Notes: a model not told the origin generated them from the letters alone. A DNA stretch of 32,000 nucleotides from Halomicronema hongdechloris C2206 (GCF_002075285.3 NZ_CP021983.2:1740001-1772000); one strand, 5' to 3'; counted from the stretch's first letter, positions 21,787-31,652 are shown. Numbers and translations: made by a program.

Positions 21787-22638
21787 ATGGCTGATTCCCT
21801 CTCTCAGAAAATTCAGCAGTTCTATGATGCCTCTTCGGGTCTGTGGGAGCAGATTTGGGGAGAGCATATGCACCATGGCTATTACGGTGAGCAGGGACGG
21901 CATCGTAAGCCTCGACGCCAGGCCCAGATTGACCTGATCGACAAGGTGCTGGCCTGGGGAAAGGTGCGGGACGCGGCACAGATCCTAGATGTGGGCTGTG
22001 GCATTGGCGGCAGCGCCCTGGTATTGGCGGAGCGGTTTGGGGGCCGGGTGACGGGCGTTACTTTGAGCCCGGTACAAGCTGAGCGGGCCAGGGAGCGGGC
22101 TAATGCGGTCGGGTTAGGGGACCAGGTGACGTTTCGAGTGGCGGATGCCCTGCAGACGCCTTTTGCAGATCAAGGCTTTGACTTGGTGTGGTCTATGGAG
22201 AGTGGGGAGCACATGCCTGATAAGGTGGCCTTTCTGCGGGAATGCTACCGGTTGCTGAAGCCCGGGGGGCAGTTATTGATGGCGACCTGGTGCCACCGTC
22301 CTACCGAGTCCTTAGGGGGAGGCCTGACCCTAGATGAAATCGGCCATCTCGAGATTCTTTACCAGGTCTATCATTTGCCCTATGTGATATCGCTGCCAGC
22401 CTATGGTCGGCTGGCCCAGCAAGTGGGATTCACTGGGATTCGGCTGGCTGATTGGTCGGTGGCGGTGGCCCCCTTCTGGGATGCAGTGATTGAGTCGGTT
22501 TTTGCAGCCCGATGCGATCGCAGGTCTGCTGCAGACAGGCTGGCCTACCCTGCAGGGAGCTCTGGCCTTAGGATTCATGCGCGCTGGGGCTTTGACCGGG
22601 GCCTGGTGCGCTACGGTCTGTTGTCGGCTATCCGTTAA
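21787..22638 (+). CDS. SAM-dependent methyltransferase, gamma-tocopherol methyltransferase-like (slr0089/VTE4 family), with an aberrant C-terminal segment
   Basis: QQFYDASSGLWEQIWGEHMHHGYYG, RRQAQIDLI, ILDVGCGIGGS, WSMESGEHMPDK, LLKPGGQLLMATWCHRP and WSVAVAPFWDAVIES all match the family as I remember it. Residues encoded by 22501-22584 do not. Confidence 0.8.
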   Translation: MADSLSQKIQQFYDASSGLWEQIWGEHMHHGYYGEQGRHRKPRRQAQIDLIDKVLAWGKVRDAAQILDVGCGIGGSALVLAERFGGRVTGVTLSPVQAERARERANAVGLGDQVTFRVADALQTPFADQGFDLVWSMESGEHMPDKVAFLRECYRLLKPGGQLLMATWCHRPTESLGGGLTLDEIGHLEILYQVYHLPYVISLPAYGRLAQQVGFTGIRLADWSVAVAPFWDAVIESVFAARCDRRSAADRLAYPAGSSGLRIHARWGFDRGLVRYGLLSAIR

Positions 22639-22792
22639 TGGCACGGTCCTAGTGATGTTTTTACACTGAAGATAGGGAAACCGGCTAATGCCCTCAAATA
22701 GCTCTCTAGATGCTTGCTAAATGTCTGGGAGTCTTGCGGAGTCTTCCTTCCCAGGGCTTTAGTCATCGGGCTCCCTATCCTATGTTTCAAGC

Positions 22793-23305
22793 ATGAGCCG
22801 CACCATGACCCCATCTCCGTCTACCTCCGAGAGTTCCTGCAAAGGGACCGTTGTTAGCACGCCTGAATCACCCTCCTGGCAGATTAAGCTGTTGTACGAC
22901 GGCAACTGTCCCCTATGTATGCGGGAGGTCAATTTCCTGCGACGGCGCGATGGTGGCCGCGGCTTGGTAGCCTTTGTCGATATTGCCGCCGATGACTACT
23001 GCCCCGAGGAGCATGGCGGCATTGATTTTGAGACGGCTATGGGGCGCATTCATGCCGTGCGGGCCGATGGCACCGTGATTAAAAATGTCGAGGTCTTTCG
23101 CCAGGTATATGACGTGTTGGGCCTGGGCTGGGTCTATGCCGCCACCCGTTGGCCCCTGATTGGCCCGGTGGTGGATTGGCTCTATGGCCTCTGGGCCGAT
23201 TGGCGCTTGCGATTAACAGGTCGCCCGGACCTAGAGACCATCCGGCAGCACCGGCAACAGCGCCAGCGACAATCGGCAGCGGCCGGCCGCTGCCGCCTAG
23301 ATTAA
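22793..23305 (+). CDS. DCC-family thiol-disulfide oxidoreductase-like protein (DUF393)
   Basis: LLYDGNCPLCMREVNFL carries the D-x-x-C-x-x-C signature. 170 aa. Confidence 0.7.
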   Translation: MSRTMTPSPSTSESSCKGTVVSTPESPSWQIKLLYDGNCPLCMREVNFLRRRDGGRGLVAFVDIAADDYCPEEHGGIDFETAMGRIHAVRADGTVIKNVEVFRQVYDVLGLGWVYAATRWPLIGPVVDWLYGLWADWRLRLTGRPDLETIRQHRQQRQRQSAAAGRCRLD

Positions 23306-24774
23306 GCAGCCCGCCGCTCTAGGGCCACCATGAAGAAGCCATCCATGTGGTGCCGATGGGGCCAGACTTTCACCCATCCTTGGGGAGCTACCGCAGCTAC
23401 CGCGGCGATTTCCCAGGAGGGCGGCTCAATCTGCCAGTCGGGGTGGGTTTGCAAAAACTGCTCAACGATGGCCTCATTCTCGGCAGGGTGCAGGGTACAG
23501 GTGGCGTAGACAAGCCGCCCTGTCGGCTGCAGCCAGCGAGCGGCCTCTGTCAGTAGATCCTGCTGTAGCTGGCTCAGGTCTTGGATCGTCTCGGGGGTTT
23601 GCCGCCAGCGGGCGTCGGCGTGACGGTGCAGGGTGCCGAGGCCGGAGCAAGGGGCATCCACCAGGACCCGATCGGCCTGGCCATGGAATTTGGGCTGATG
23701 GCGGCTATCGCCGGTATAGGTTTTGATGGCAGTCAGCCCCAGGCGACGGGCATTCTGCTGAATCTTACGGAGGCGGGAGCCGGTGCGATCGCAAGCCCAG
23801 ATCTGCCCCTGATCCTGCATCAACTCGGCCAGATGGGTGGCTTTGCCACCGGGGGCGGCACAGGCATCGATCACCACCTGCCCAGCCTGGGGGGCCAACA
23901 GCTGACCCACCAGCTGGCCACTGCTGTCTTGCACCATCCACCAGCCCTGGTCATAGCCTGGTAATTTGGGAATGCTGCCTTGGTGATGGCGCAGGCGCAG
24001 GGCCTGGGGCAGACCTGGTAGCCGTACGGTCTCGATCCCCGCGGTCTGGAAAGCAACCTCGACGGCTTCCAGAGACGTCTTCAGGGGATTAATCCGCAAA
24101 TCAATGTGGGGCGGTTGATTCAGCCAATCGCATAGTTGCCGAGCTTCGTCCGATCCTAGCTGCTGCCACCATAGCCGCATCATCCAGTCAGGAAAGCTAT
24201 AATCCACAGCGCAGGCTTGGATAGGATCTGTAGGCAGTTGCAGGGGATCGTGAGGCTGCTGGCGAGCATACCCTCGCAGAATACCGTTGACCACTCCACT
24301 CAGACGACTGTAGCCATTTTGCTTGGCTAAATTGACACTGGTATTGACCGCCGCTGAGGCCGGGATATGGTCTAGATACCGCAGCTGATAGAAGCCCAGA
24401 TGCAAAATGATACGCAACTCGGGAGGCTGCTGTTGAGCCGGTTTCCGCCCGAGTTGATCGATCAGGGCGTCCAGGGTGCGTTGCCGCCGCACACAGCCGT
24501 AGACCAGCTCAGTGACTAAGTGACGATCCAGCTCGGCTAGCCCCTTCGTCGTTAAGGCACGGTGGAGGGCGACGTCCGCGTAGGCACCACTATATATCGC
24601 CCGCAGACTCTGAAAGGCTAGCTGCCGAGCATCTAAGGGAGAGGATTGGGTCCCTCTAGACGGTGTCAAATTCAACGCTTCCTTCGGTGATCGACGGTGT
24701 GCGCCCGCACTCGGCTGCACTGGCTTTAATATCAATTCTTTGAAGAATGACGGCGACACATCTTGCCCCCTCAC
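23302..24774 (-). CDS. rsmB: 16S rRNA (cytosine-C5)-methyltransferase RsmB/Sun
   Basis: NusB-like N-domain (RQLAFQSLRAI...ELVYGCVRRQRTLD) and a SAM methyltransferase core (VIDACAAPGGKATHLAEL, DRVLVDAPCSGLGT, YATCT). The start is uncertain: GTG at 24774 in the track, with a possible TTG near 24669 after AAGGAA. Confidence 0.85.
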   Translation of the reverse strand: MRGQDVSPSFFKELILKPVQPSAGAHRRSPKEALNLTPSRGTQSSPLDARQLAFQSLRAIYSGAYADVALHRALTTKGLAELDRHLVTELVYGCVRRQRTLDALIDQLGRKPAQQQPPELRIILHLGFYQLRYLDHIPASAAVNTSVNLAKQNGYSRLSGVVNGILRGYARQQPHDPLQLPTDPIQACAVDYSFPDWMMRLWWQQLGSDEARQLCDWLNQPPHIDLRINPLKTSLEAVEVAFQTAGIETVRLPGLPQALRLRHHQGSIPKLPGYDQGWWMVQDSSGQLVGQLLAPQAGQVVIDACAAPGGKATHLAELMQDQGQIWACDRTGSRLRKIQQNARRLGLTAIKTYTGDSRHQPKFHGQADRVLVDAPCSGLGTLHRHADARWRQTPETIQDLSQLQQDLLTEAARWLQPTGRLVYATCTLHPAENEAIVEQFLQTHPDWQIEPPSWEIAAVAAVAPQGWVKVWPHRHHMDGFFMVALERRAA

Positions 24775-24931
24775 CCCTTGCGGCCTGTCTGGGGAACTCG
24801 ATAACTGAGAACTGGTATCAGCTCTGCCATAGAGTAGCCGCAGCAGGCCATGACACTAGCGGGTGCCTGCAGTAGACAGAGCACCCCGCAAAGCGACCGC
24901 CGTCGCTTCATGTTGACCTTCCTAGCGCCTC

Positions 24932-25099
24932 TCAGCTCTTCTTCTTGGCAGTGCCTGAGTCTCGCTTGCGACGACGGCGATCTCGCCATTCCACAGCTGT
25001 CAGATAGATGACTCCGCTGGTGACGATTACCAACAGGACCAGGGCGGCGACGGCGAGGACGCTAAAGACTTGGGATGGAGATTGTAAGAGTGACTCCAT
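24932..25099 (-). CDS. Unlisted small ORF: 55-aa single-pass membrane protein with a poly-basic tail (hypothetical)
   Basis: My translation from ATG 25099: MESLLQSPSQVFSVLAVAALVLLVIVTSGVIYLTAVEWRDRRRRKRDSGTAKKKS, stop at 24934-24932. It falls below the 60-aa cutoff of the track and shows clear helix-plus-basic-anchor architecture. The SD is weak. Confidence 0.35.
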   Translation of the reverse strand: MESLLQSPSQVFSVLAVAALVLLVIVTSGVIYLTAVEWRDRRRRKRDSGTAKKKS

Positions 25100-25439
25100 G
25101 ACTCTGTCGCTGCTAGAAACCGTTGCGAGCCCACACTGTTAGGGAGATTGAGAAAGTGAAAACTACCAACAGGGAGACCCAACCGAGCGTCAGAATGTCC
25201 ATAGATCAAGCATTGTCAACATTGTCTGCTTTCTATCATACGGTAAAGTTTGACCGATAATGGCTACAGGTTGGAGTGGGTAATGGGACAAGGGATTATC
25301 AAGCCCTGTGGCAACGACTAGGAATCGCAGCATACCCTTTTAGCCGACCCAGCCTGTCAGAGGCCGGTTATCTCGCCTATGGATTTGGCTGGAACTCGAT
25401 AGAATCAGATCAGTACGTACGATAGAGATAGTGGGCTCC

Positions 25440-26045
25440 ATGATTCCAACCGTTATCGAACAGTCAGGCCGTGGCGAGCGAGCCTTTGACATCTACTCTC
25501 GCCTGCTGCGAGAGCGCATCGTGTTTTTAGGCCAAGAAGTGACGGCAGAGTCTGCCAACCTAATCGTGGCCCAGCTTCTGTTTCTGGAAGCAGAAGACCC
25601 CGATAAAGACATCTACCTCTACATCAACTCCCCCGGCGGCTCGGTAACGGCCGGATTGGGCATTTTTGACACCATGAACCACATTCGCCCCAATGTCTGC
25701 ACCATCTGCGTGGGCTTGGCGGCCAGTATGGGCGCCTTTCTATTGGCCACTGGTCAGCAGGGCAAACGCATGAGTCTACCCAATTCTCGAATCATGATTC
25801 ACCAACCCCTCGGAGGTGCCCAAGGCCAGGCTACCGATATCGAGATTCAGGCCAAGGAAATCCTCTACCTGAAACAACGGTTGAATGAAGCCCTAGCCAA
25901 AAACACCGGACAACCCCTGGAGAAAATTGCCGAAGACACAGAGCGAGACTTTTTCATGTCTCCCCAAGATGCTCTGGAATACGGGCTGATCGATCAAGTC
26001 ATCGATCGCAGCGCCACAGGCAGCCGTCCCCAAGTAGTGAGTTAG
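25440..26045 (+). CDS. clpP: ATP-dependent Clp protease proteolytic subunit
   Basis: [31 protein letters not shown]...[18 protein letters not shown]...[11 protein letters not shown]...IMIHQP includes Ser-His catalytic context. ATG at 25440; the track starts at GTG 25431. Confidence 0.95.
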   Translation: MIPTVIEQSGRGERAFDIYSRLLRERIVFLGQEVTAESANLIVAQLLFLEAEDPDKDIYLYINSPGGSVTAGLGIFDTMNHIRPNVCTICVGLAASMGAFLLATGQQGKRMSLPNSRIMIHQPLGGAQGQATDIEIQAKEILYLKQRLNEALAKNTGQPLEKIAEDTERDFFMSPQDALEYGLIDQVIDRSATGSRPQVVS

Positions 26046-26663
26046 CCTTGCCCATTATCAGTAGCCTCGGTTGTGAATTAGGGCGCTGCCACTAGTAGCA
26101 TCGCCGTCAAGAACATCAACCTCAGCCGGGAAGCACCGACTTATCCAGGAACCGGAAGTTGGCCAGGAACTGAATTCTGGCTCCTGATTCCCTGCTGACT
26201 GCGTCGCTTTAGGTCTTCGGGAACCTCTGATATGTATAGCCCCGGGGGTATGGCTGACACTAAAGCACAGCTTGCCTGAGAGATAGGCAGACAAAGCTCC
26301 CTAGTACGCCAAGCCACCACAATCGTATGTAAAGCTACGCGATTATCCACTAATCAATGGGCAATGGGGCTGGATTAGAAACGGCAGATGCCCCTGATTA
26401 GTCTTCCTTCTCAGTGTTACCTGTGTATTTTGGCAAACCCACGCCCCATTTGCCATAGCTCAGCAGTATCCTCGAGCAAAATTAGTAAACCTAGCCCCTC
26501 ATCCTCGGATAGGGTTCATAGTGGCATCGGCGATGGCCTAAAGCGGGGCCCGCCTCGGTTGCACCGTTACCTTAGGAACATGTCTAGGTGGTTATGTCCC
26601 GGACTCTGCAGCTCAGCGTTATCGGTATGATATGAGGTAACGCAAGCAAGGGAGAAGTGTCTG

Positions 26664-26900
26664 ATGTTCCACTTGTATTTTGGAGCCTTCGATATCATTC
26701 TCTATCTCGGCGCTTCCTATTTTGCAATGGTCTTGGCCAAGGCCATTTGTGATGAGTTGGACCAAGTTGGGACCACTCAAGTTGTAGAAGCCTCTGAGGC
26801 GAAAACCTCTCATCAATCCCTCCAACCGTCTACTCAGAGTCCCGTTGCTTCCCGCTCTGAGCGGGCTGAGGTGCAGCAGCAGGTAACCGTAAAAGGGTAA
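26664..26900 (+). CDS. Hypothetical small protein, N-terminal hydrophobic segment plus hydrophilic tail
   Basis: ATG 26664 is preceded by GGGAG at a spacing of about 9 nt. 78 aa. I recognise no family. Confidence 0.3.
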   Translation: MFHLYFGAFDIILYLGASYFAMVLAKAICDELDQVGTTQVVEASEAKTSHQSLQPSTQSPVASRSERAEVQQQVTVKG

Positions 26901-27424
26901 GCCCTGCTCGCTGCTGCCAAACTACCGGTCTGTCTAGTACTCGTCGGCGGAAATAGCCCCCCCTGTTGGTTCAAGGCAGAAGCCTTGATACGTCGAGAAT
27001 TCCCCTTCTGCCTTCTGCCCTTTTCCTTCTGCCTTTCTGTACTAGGCTGAGGGCTGCTGTGATTTGCCTCACCTTAGGCCTGCGAGCTCGATCATCTCCT
27101 CGGGTGTTGAGCCTCACCAAGGCCCTTGCGCAGCATCACCCCCTTATCATCGGCGATGGTCCACTATGGCAGCTATGGTTAAACGGTGTAACTATGTATT
27201 CCAGCCGCCTAGCCCATCAGTCCATTCGCTCTCTTAGGCGTATGGGTGCAGAACCCTCCCTGAGGCTACTGGTAGATATTCTGATCAGGCAGCTGATCAT
27301 GGTCACTGGTGTGGCCTTGGCATTGACGGCGCTATTGGACCTATGACCCCTAACTTGTCGTCTTTTCTGAGTAAATCAAGTAAAGTGACTGTCAATCGAT
27401 GACCTGTAAAGCAGGTAGTTCGGC

Positions 27425-28261
27425 ATGTTCCAGTCTATAGCCTGGCCTAGGGTGCCCCATCGAGCTGGCACCTGGCTGCGCCAAGTGCGTGCTGTTCTAC
27501 CCGGCGCGATTAATGAAAGGCTGATCCAATTTTGCGGCATTCAACGCTCAGGTAACCATGCCGTTATTAACTGGATCATTGCTCAGCAATCGCTTAAGAC
27601 TTGCTTTATCAACGGAGTTAACCCACGCCATAATCCCTGGTTTAACAACTGGGGCATTGCCTATCACAACTATGACTACTGGCCGCGAGAGCGAGATCGG
27701 ACAGGTGCCTTAGTCTCTAAACAACTTTTGCTCTGTTCCTACGAAAATCAGCCCCTAAACCACGTATTTGACCCTTCATTTCGACTCCAGCGATACGTTG
27801 GTGGCAGCCGTCGTCGCGACTCTGTACTGTTGTTACGAGACCCCTACAATACCTTCGCCAGTTGGTTCAAGGCTGGTTGGCCCCTATCTGAAGACACCAT
27901 TTACCTGTGGAAGCAATATGCCAGAGAGTACCTTGGCCTCAGTCAGCAAACACCCCCTGGAACAGTAATGATCGCGTTCAACCAGTGGTTTACCCAAGCG
28001 GACTACCGTCAACGCTTAGCTGATGCTTTGGATCTCCCCTTCACCGATCATGGTCTTGACCGCATCACTCACCATGGTGGGGGGAGCTCATTTGAGCAAC
28101 AGGTATTGCAAGGTAAAGCCAGTCATATGAAAGTGCTCGAACGGTTTAAGGGTTTTCTCGACCACCCTGATTTCATTCAGATTTTCCGGGATCCGGACCT
28201 GATTGACCTTTCAGAGCAAATTTTTGGTCCCATACCAGGTACTGAAATGTTGACTCGATAG
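27425..28261 (+). CDS. Hypothetical protein, sulfotransferase-like
   Basis: 278 aa. GIQRSGNHAVINWI resembles a 5'-PSB/P-loop-like motif and LLLRDPYNTFAS resembles the 3'-PB RDP...S motif of sulfotransferase-fold proteins. The functional call is motif-level only. Confidence 0.5.
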   Translation: MFQSIAWPRVPHRAGTWLRQVRAVLPGAINERLIQFCGIQRSGNHAVINWIIAQQSLKTCFINGVNPRHNPWFNNWGIAYHNYDYWPRERDRTGALVSKQLLLCSYENQPLNHVFDPSFRLQRYVGGSRRRDSVLLLRDPYNTFASWFKAGWPLSEDTIYLWKQYAREYLGLSQQTPPGTVMIAFNQWFTQADYRQRLADALDLPFTDHGLDRITHHGGGSSFEQQVLQGKASHMKVLERFKGFLDHPDFIQIFRDPDLIDLSEQIFGPIPGTEMLTR

Positions 28262-28531
28262 TCAGTATCGAGTTTGTCCATTTAGAGTTAGAGAACACGA
28301 CTCGACCCTGCAGCAGCGCCTGATCTCCGAGGAGTCGCGGCCTCGCTGGGTTAACGCCTCTGGCTTGGGCGTTGCCTGGCTGCATGTGAGGCTGGATACG
28401 CGACCCAAGTACTATCAGCATGAGCCCTATCGCCGGACTCTGGCTTGACCCCAGCGCATAAATTCAAGCCCATGTTGCCGGTAAACACGGTATGGTAAGG
28501 GCAACTTTGGTCGATTGGTCAGCGAATAGCA

Positions 28532-28831
28532 ATGGTGAATTGTCGTCGGAGCTTAGTGGTCATAGGACTATTTAGTGTGGGCTGGTCGCAACCAGTGTTA
28601 GGACTACCACCAGCCGACGAGACTCCAGAAGAGGTGCTGCGCACCGAGATCATCGTAGAAGCTCGCTCTCCTCTAGATGGTGAACCCTTATCGCCATCGG
28701 AATATGCTGAACTACAAGCTCAACTGCAAGATCCCAATCGCGAGCGGACCTTATCATCGGAGGTTCGCTATGTCATTTTCCTGTTGCAGTTGCGGCGGGT
28801 AATTAAGCCAGTGGTGCCGTTTTTGCCGTGA
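28532..28831 (+). CDS. Hypothetical small secreted or membrane-associated protein
   Basis: 99 aa with a signal-peptide-like N-terminus (RRSLVVIGLFSVGWSQPVLG) and then an acidic region. No family recognised. Confidence 0.45.
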   Translation: MVNCRRSLVVIGLFSVGWSQPVLGLPPADETPEEVLRTEIIVEARSPLDGEPLSPSEYAELQAQLQDPNRERTLSSEVRYVIFLLQLRRVIKPVVPFLP

Positions 28832-28859
28832 GCCCCTCGGGGTTTGGGGCAAACACCCT

Positions 28860-28886
28860 ACTTTAAAATCGATACTTTAAATCGAT
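28860..28886. repeat. Tandem 14/13-bp direct repeat (ACTTTAAAATCGAT / ACTTTAAATCGAT) about 70 nt upstream of glgB
   Basis: Read directly. Each unit ends in the ATCGAT palindrome. Confidence 0.85.
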
Positions 28887-28953
28887 AACTTCACTAAGTT
28901 TTGTTAATGTAATTCGCAGAGAGTCAAGCCCTTCAAACTGAGATAGGTAGTGT

Positions 28954-31251
28954 ATGGCTGTTACCGTTGCCCCCGAGCAGATCGATCGCATTGTTTGGAA
29001 TCAGCACCACGATCCCTTTGAGGTGCTGGGTCCTCATATGGTTCAGCTAGATGGCAAAACGGTGTGGGCAGTTCGGGCCTATCTGCCAAATGCCGAGGCT
29101 GCCTGGGTAGTGTTACCTGAGACTCGCAAAGAGTTTGCCATGGAGGCGTCCCATCACCCCCATTTCTTCGAGTGCATCATCGCAGCCGAAGAGGTGGTCA
29201 ACTATCAGCTGCGCTACCAAGAGGGCGGCCACGAACGGGTCGTCTATGATCCCTACGCTTTTAAGACGCGGCGCATTACTGACTTTGACATCCATCTATT
29301 TGCCGAGGGCAACCACCATCGCATCTATGAGAAGCTGGGAGCTCACCCCACCACCATGGAAGGGATTGCTGGGGTGTATTTTGCCGTTTGGGCCCCTAAT
29401 GCCCGCAATGTCTCGGTGTTGGGTAACTTTAACCACTGGGATGGTCGCAAGCATCAGATGCGGCGCTCGGGCAATGGTATCTGGGAACTGTTTATTCCAG
29501 ATATTGCTGCTGGCGAACACTATAAATATGAAATCAAAAACCCGTCGGGTCACATGTACGAAAAGGCTGATCCCTATGGCTTTCAGCAGGAAGTGCGGCC
29601 CAAGACAGCGTCTGTCGTTGCCAATTTAGATGGCTATTCCTGGCATGACCAAGATTGGATGGAGCAGCGACGCCATACAGAACCGCTGACTCAGCCCATC
29701 TCCGTCTACGAAGTGCATTTAGGCTCGTGGCTGCATGGCTCTTCGGCCCAGCCGGCCACTAACCCGGACGGTACCCCAGTGTCTCCCGTGGCGGTGGCTG
29801 AATTGAAGCCAGGAGCCCGGTTTTTGACCTATCGGGAACTAGCGGAGCGGCTGATTCCCTATGTCAAGGAGATGGGCTTTACCCACATTGAGTTACTGCC
29901 GGTGGCAGAACATCCCTTCGATGGATCTTGGGGGTATCAGGTGACGGGGTATTATGCGGTCACCTCCCGCTATGGCACCCCTCAAGATTTCATGTACTTC
30001 GTCGACCAGTGCCACCAGAATGGCATCGGGGTGATCGTCGATTGGGTACCGGGGCATTTCCCCAAGGATGGCCATGGGTTGGCCTTTTTCGATGGCACCC
30101 ATCTCTATGAGCATGCCGATCCCCGCAGGGGTGAGCATAAAGAGTGGGGCACCTTGGTGTTCAACTATGGCCGCAACGAGGTGCGTAATTTTCTGGTGGC
30201 CAATGCGGTCTTCTGGTTTGATAAATACCACATCGATGGCATGCGGGTTGATGCCGTGGCCTCGATGCTGTATTTAGACTATTGCCGTAAACCAGGGGAA
30301 TGGGTCACCAACCAATATGGGGGCCGGGAAAACATTGAAGCGGCCGACTTCTTGCGGCAAACCAATCATGTGCTGTTTAGCTATTTCCCTGGCATTTTAT
30401 CTATCGCCGAAGAATCCACCTCTTGGCCTATGGTGTCCTGGCCCACCTATGTGGGTGGGTTGGGCTTCAATTTGAAGTGGAACATGGGCTGGATGCATGA
30501 CATGCTGGACTATTTCCACATGGATCCCTGGTTCCGGCAGTTTCACCAGAATAATGTCACCTTTAGCATCTGGTATGCCTATAGCGAGAACTTCATGCTG
30601 GCCCTCTCCCATGATGAGGTGGTCCATGGCAAGAGCAATATGCTGGGCAAGATGCCAGGGGATGATTGGCAGAAGTTTGCCAACCTGCGTTGTCTGTATT
30701 CCTACATGTTCATGCACCCGGGCAAGAAAACCCTGTTCATGAGCATGGAATTTGGCCAATGGAGTGAATGGAATGTCTGGGGTGATTTGGAATGGCACCT
30801 GTTGCAGTACACGCCCCACCAAACCCTACGGCGCTGCATTAGCCAACTCAATGCTCTCTATCGCAGTGAAGCGGCTCTCTACAGCCAAGACTTTTCTGAA
30901 GAAGGATTTGAGTGGATCGACTGCAGCGACGGCCGCCATAGTGTGGTGTCTTTCATGCGCCGAGCGAAAGACAGCCAGGAGTTCATCGTGGTGGTGTGCA
31001 ATTTCACTCCTCAGCCCCATAGTCATTACCGCATTGGCGTGCCGGAGCAGGGCTATTATCGTGAGATCTTCAACAGCGATGCTCGCGATTTCAATGGCAG
31101 CAACATGGGGAATTTGGGAGGCAAGTGGTCGGAGGATTGGTCCTACCATGGTCGCTCCTTCTCGTTGGATCTGACCCTGCCGCCGTTGGCTGTGATTGCC
31201 CTGAAGTTAGATCGCCAACGTACTTGGGAGGCGAAGGCGGAGAACGGTTAG
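28954..31251 (+). CDS. glgB: 1,4-alpha-glucan branching enzyme
   Basis: 765 aa with GH13 motifs: [26 protein letters not shown] and [10 protein letters not shown]. Confidence 0.97.
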   Translation: MAVTVAPEQIDRIVWNQHHDPFEVLGPHMVQLDGKTVWAVRAYLPNAEAAWVVLPETRKEFAMEASHHPHFFECIIAAEEVVNYQLRYQEGGHERVVYDPYAFKTRRITDFDIHLFAEGNHHRIYEKLGAHPTTMEGIAGVYFAVWAPNARNVSVLGNFNHWDGRKHQMRRSGNGIWELFIPDIAAGEHYKYEIKNPSGHMYEKADPYGFQQEVRPKTASVVANLDGYSWHDQDWMEQRRHTEPLTQPISVYEVHLGSWLHGSSAQPATNPDGTPVSPVAVAELKPGARFLTYRELAERLIPYVKEMGFTHIELLPVAEHPFDGSWGYQVTGYYAVTSRYGTPQDFMYFVDQCHQNGIGVIVDWVPGHFPKDGHGLAFFDGTHLYEHADPRRGEHKEWGTLVFNYGRNEVRNFLVANAVFWFDKYHIDGMRVDAVASMLYLDYCRKPGEWVTNQYGGRENIEAADFLRQTNHVLFSYFPGILSIAEESTSWPMVSWPTYVGGLGFNLKWNMGWMHDMLDYFHMDPWFRQFHQNNVTFSIWYAYSENFMLALSHDEVVHGKSNMLGKMPGDDWQKFANLRCLYSYMFMHPGKKTLFMSMEFGQWSEWNVWGDLEWHLLQYTPHQTLRRCISQLNALYRSEAALYSQDFSEEGFEWIDCSDGRHSVVSFMRRAKDSQEFIVVVCNFTPQPHSHYRIGVPEQGYYREIFNSDARDFNGSNMGNLGGKWSEDWSYHGRSFSLDLTLPPLAVIALKLDRQRTWEAKAENG

Positions 31252-31259
31252 GGTTTATA

Positions 31260-31288
31260 GCAACTGTCCCTATGCTTAGGACAGTTGC
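31260..31288 (+). terminator. Perfect 10-bp hairpin immediately after the glgB stop (possible terminator or processing structure; no U tract)
   Basis: GCAACTGTCC (31260-31269) pairs with GGACAGTTGC (31279-31288) around a 9-nt loop. Confidence 0.35.
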
Positions 31289-31652
31289 GGTCAGGTAGCT
31301 CCCTAGGCTGGGTCCCCCGAGCGATCCCCACTGTCCTAAGCGACCTGACAGACGTAATAGAAAAAGCTGGGCTTCGTGGAAGGGCTTGTCGTTCAGTGGC
31401 AGTAGATCACGATACGACTACAAAGGGTATGTCGATTGGTCGTTCAAGATTGCATTGCATCGGCAGGGAGTGGTAAACCTCGGTAAGACCACACTTAGTT
31501 TTCCAAGCCAGAGAGCTCACCCGAGGGAATTTCGCTTCCCTCGGACTCCGACGACCAGGGCGAACCGCTTGTGGTGAGCGCAGTCGAACTACCGCCCTGG
31601 ACCCCGCAGAAGGGGATGTTGGTTGGTCGTTGTAGATCGCGTTGCATCGACA

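Noticed and set aside
24771-25209. Track ORFs 24771-24989 and 25027-25209 (minus strand)
   Set aside because: Cys/Arg-rich or Ser/Pro-rich translations without features. The same DNA holds a more convincing 55-codon membrane-protein ORF in another frame.
26449-26530. tRNA-like string ...TTTGCCATAGCTCAGCAGTATCCTCGAGC...GGGTTCATAGTGGCA
   Set aside because: A D-arm-like GCTC/GAGC pairing exists. However, no anticodon stem, T-stem or complementary acceptor 3' strand can be drawn, and the D-loop would be 12 nt. Not a tRNA.
26966-27346. 126-aa ORF
   Set aside because: It starts at a TTG with no SD, its first half is translated from a CTTCTGCC low-complexity tract, and only a possible 50-codon C-terminal ORF (ATG 27194) looks protein-like. 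This is too weak to call.
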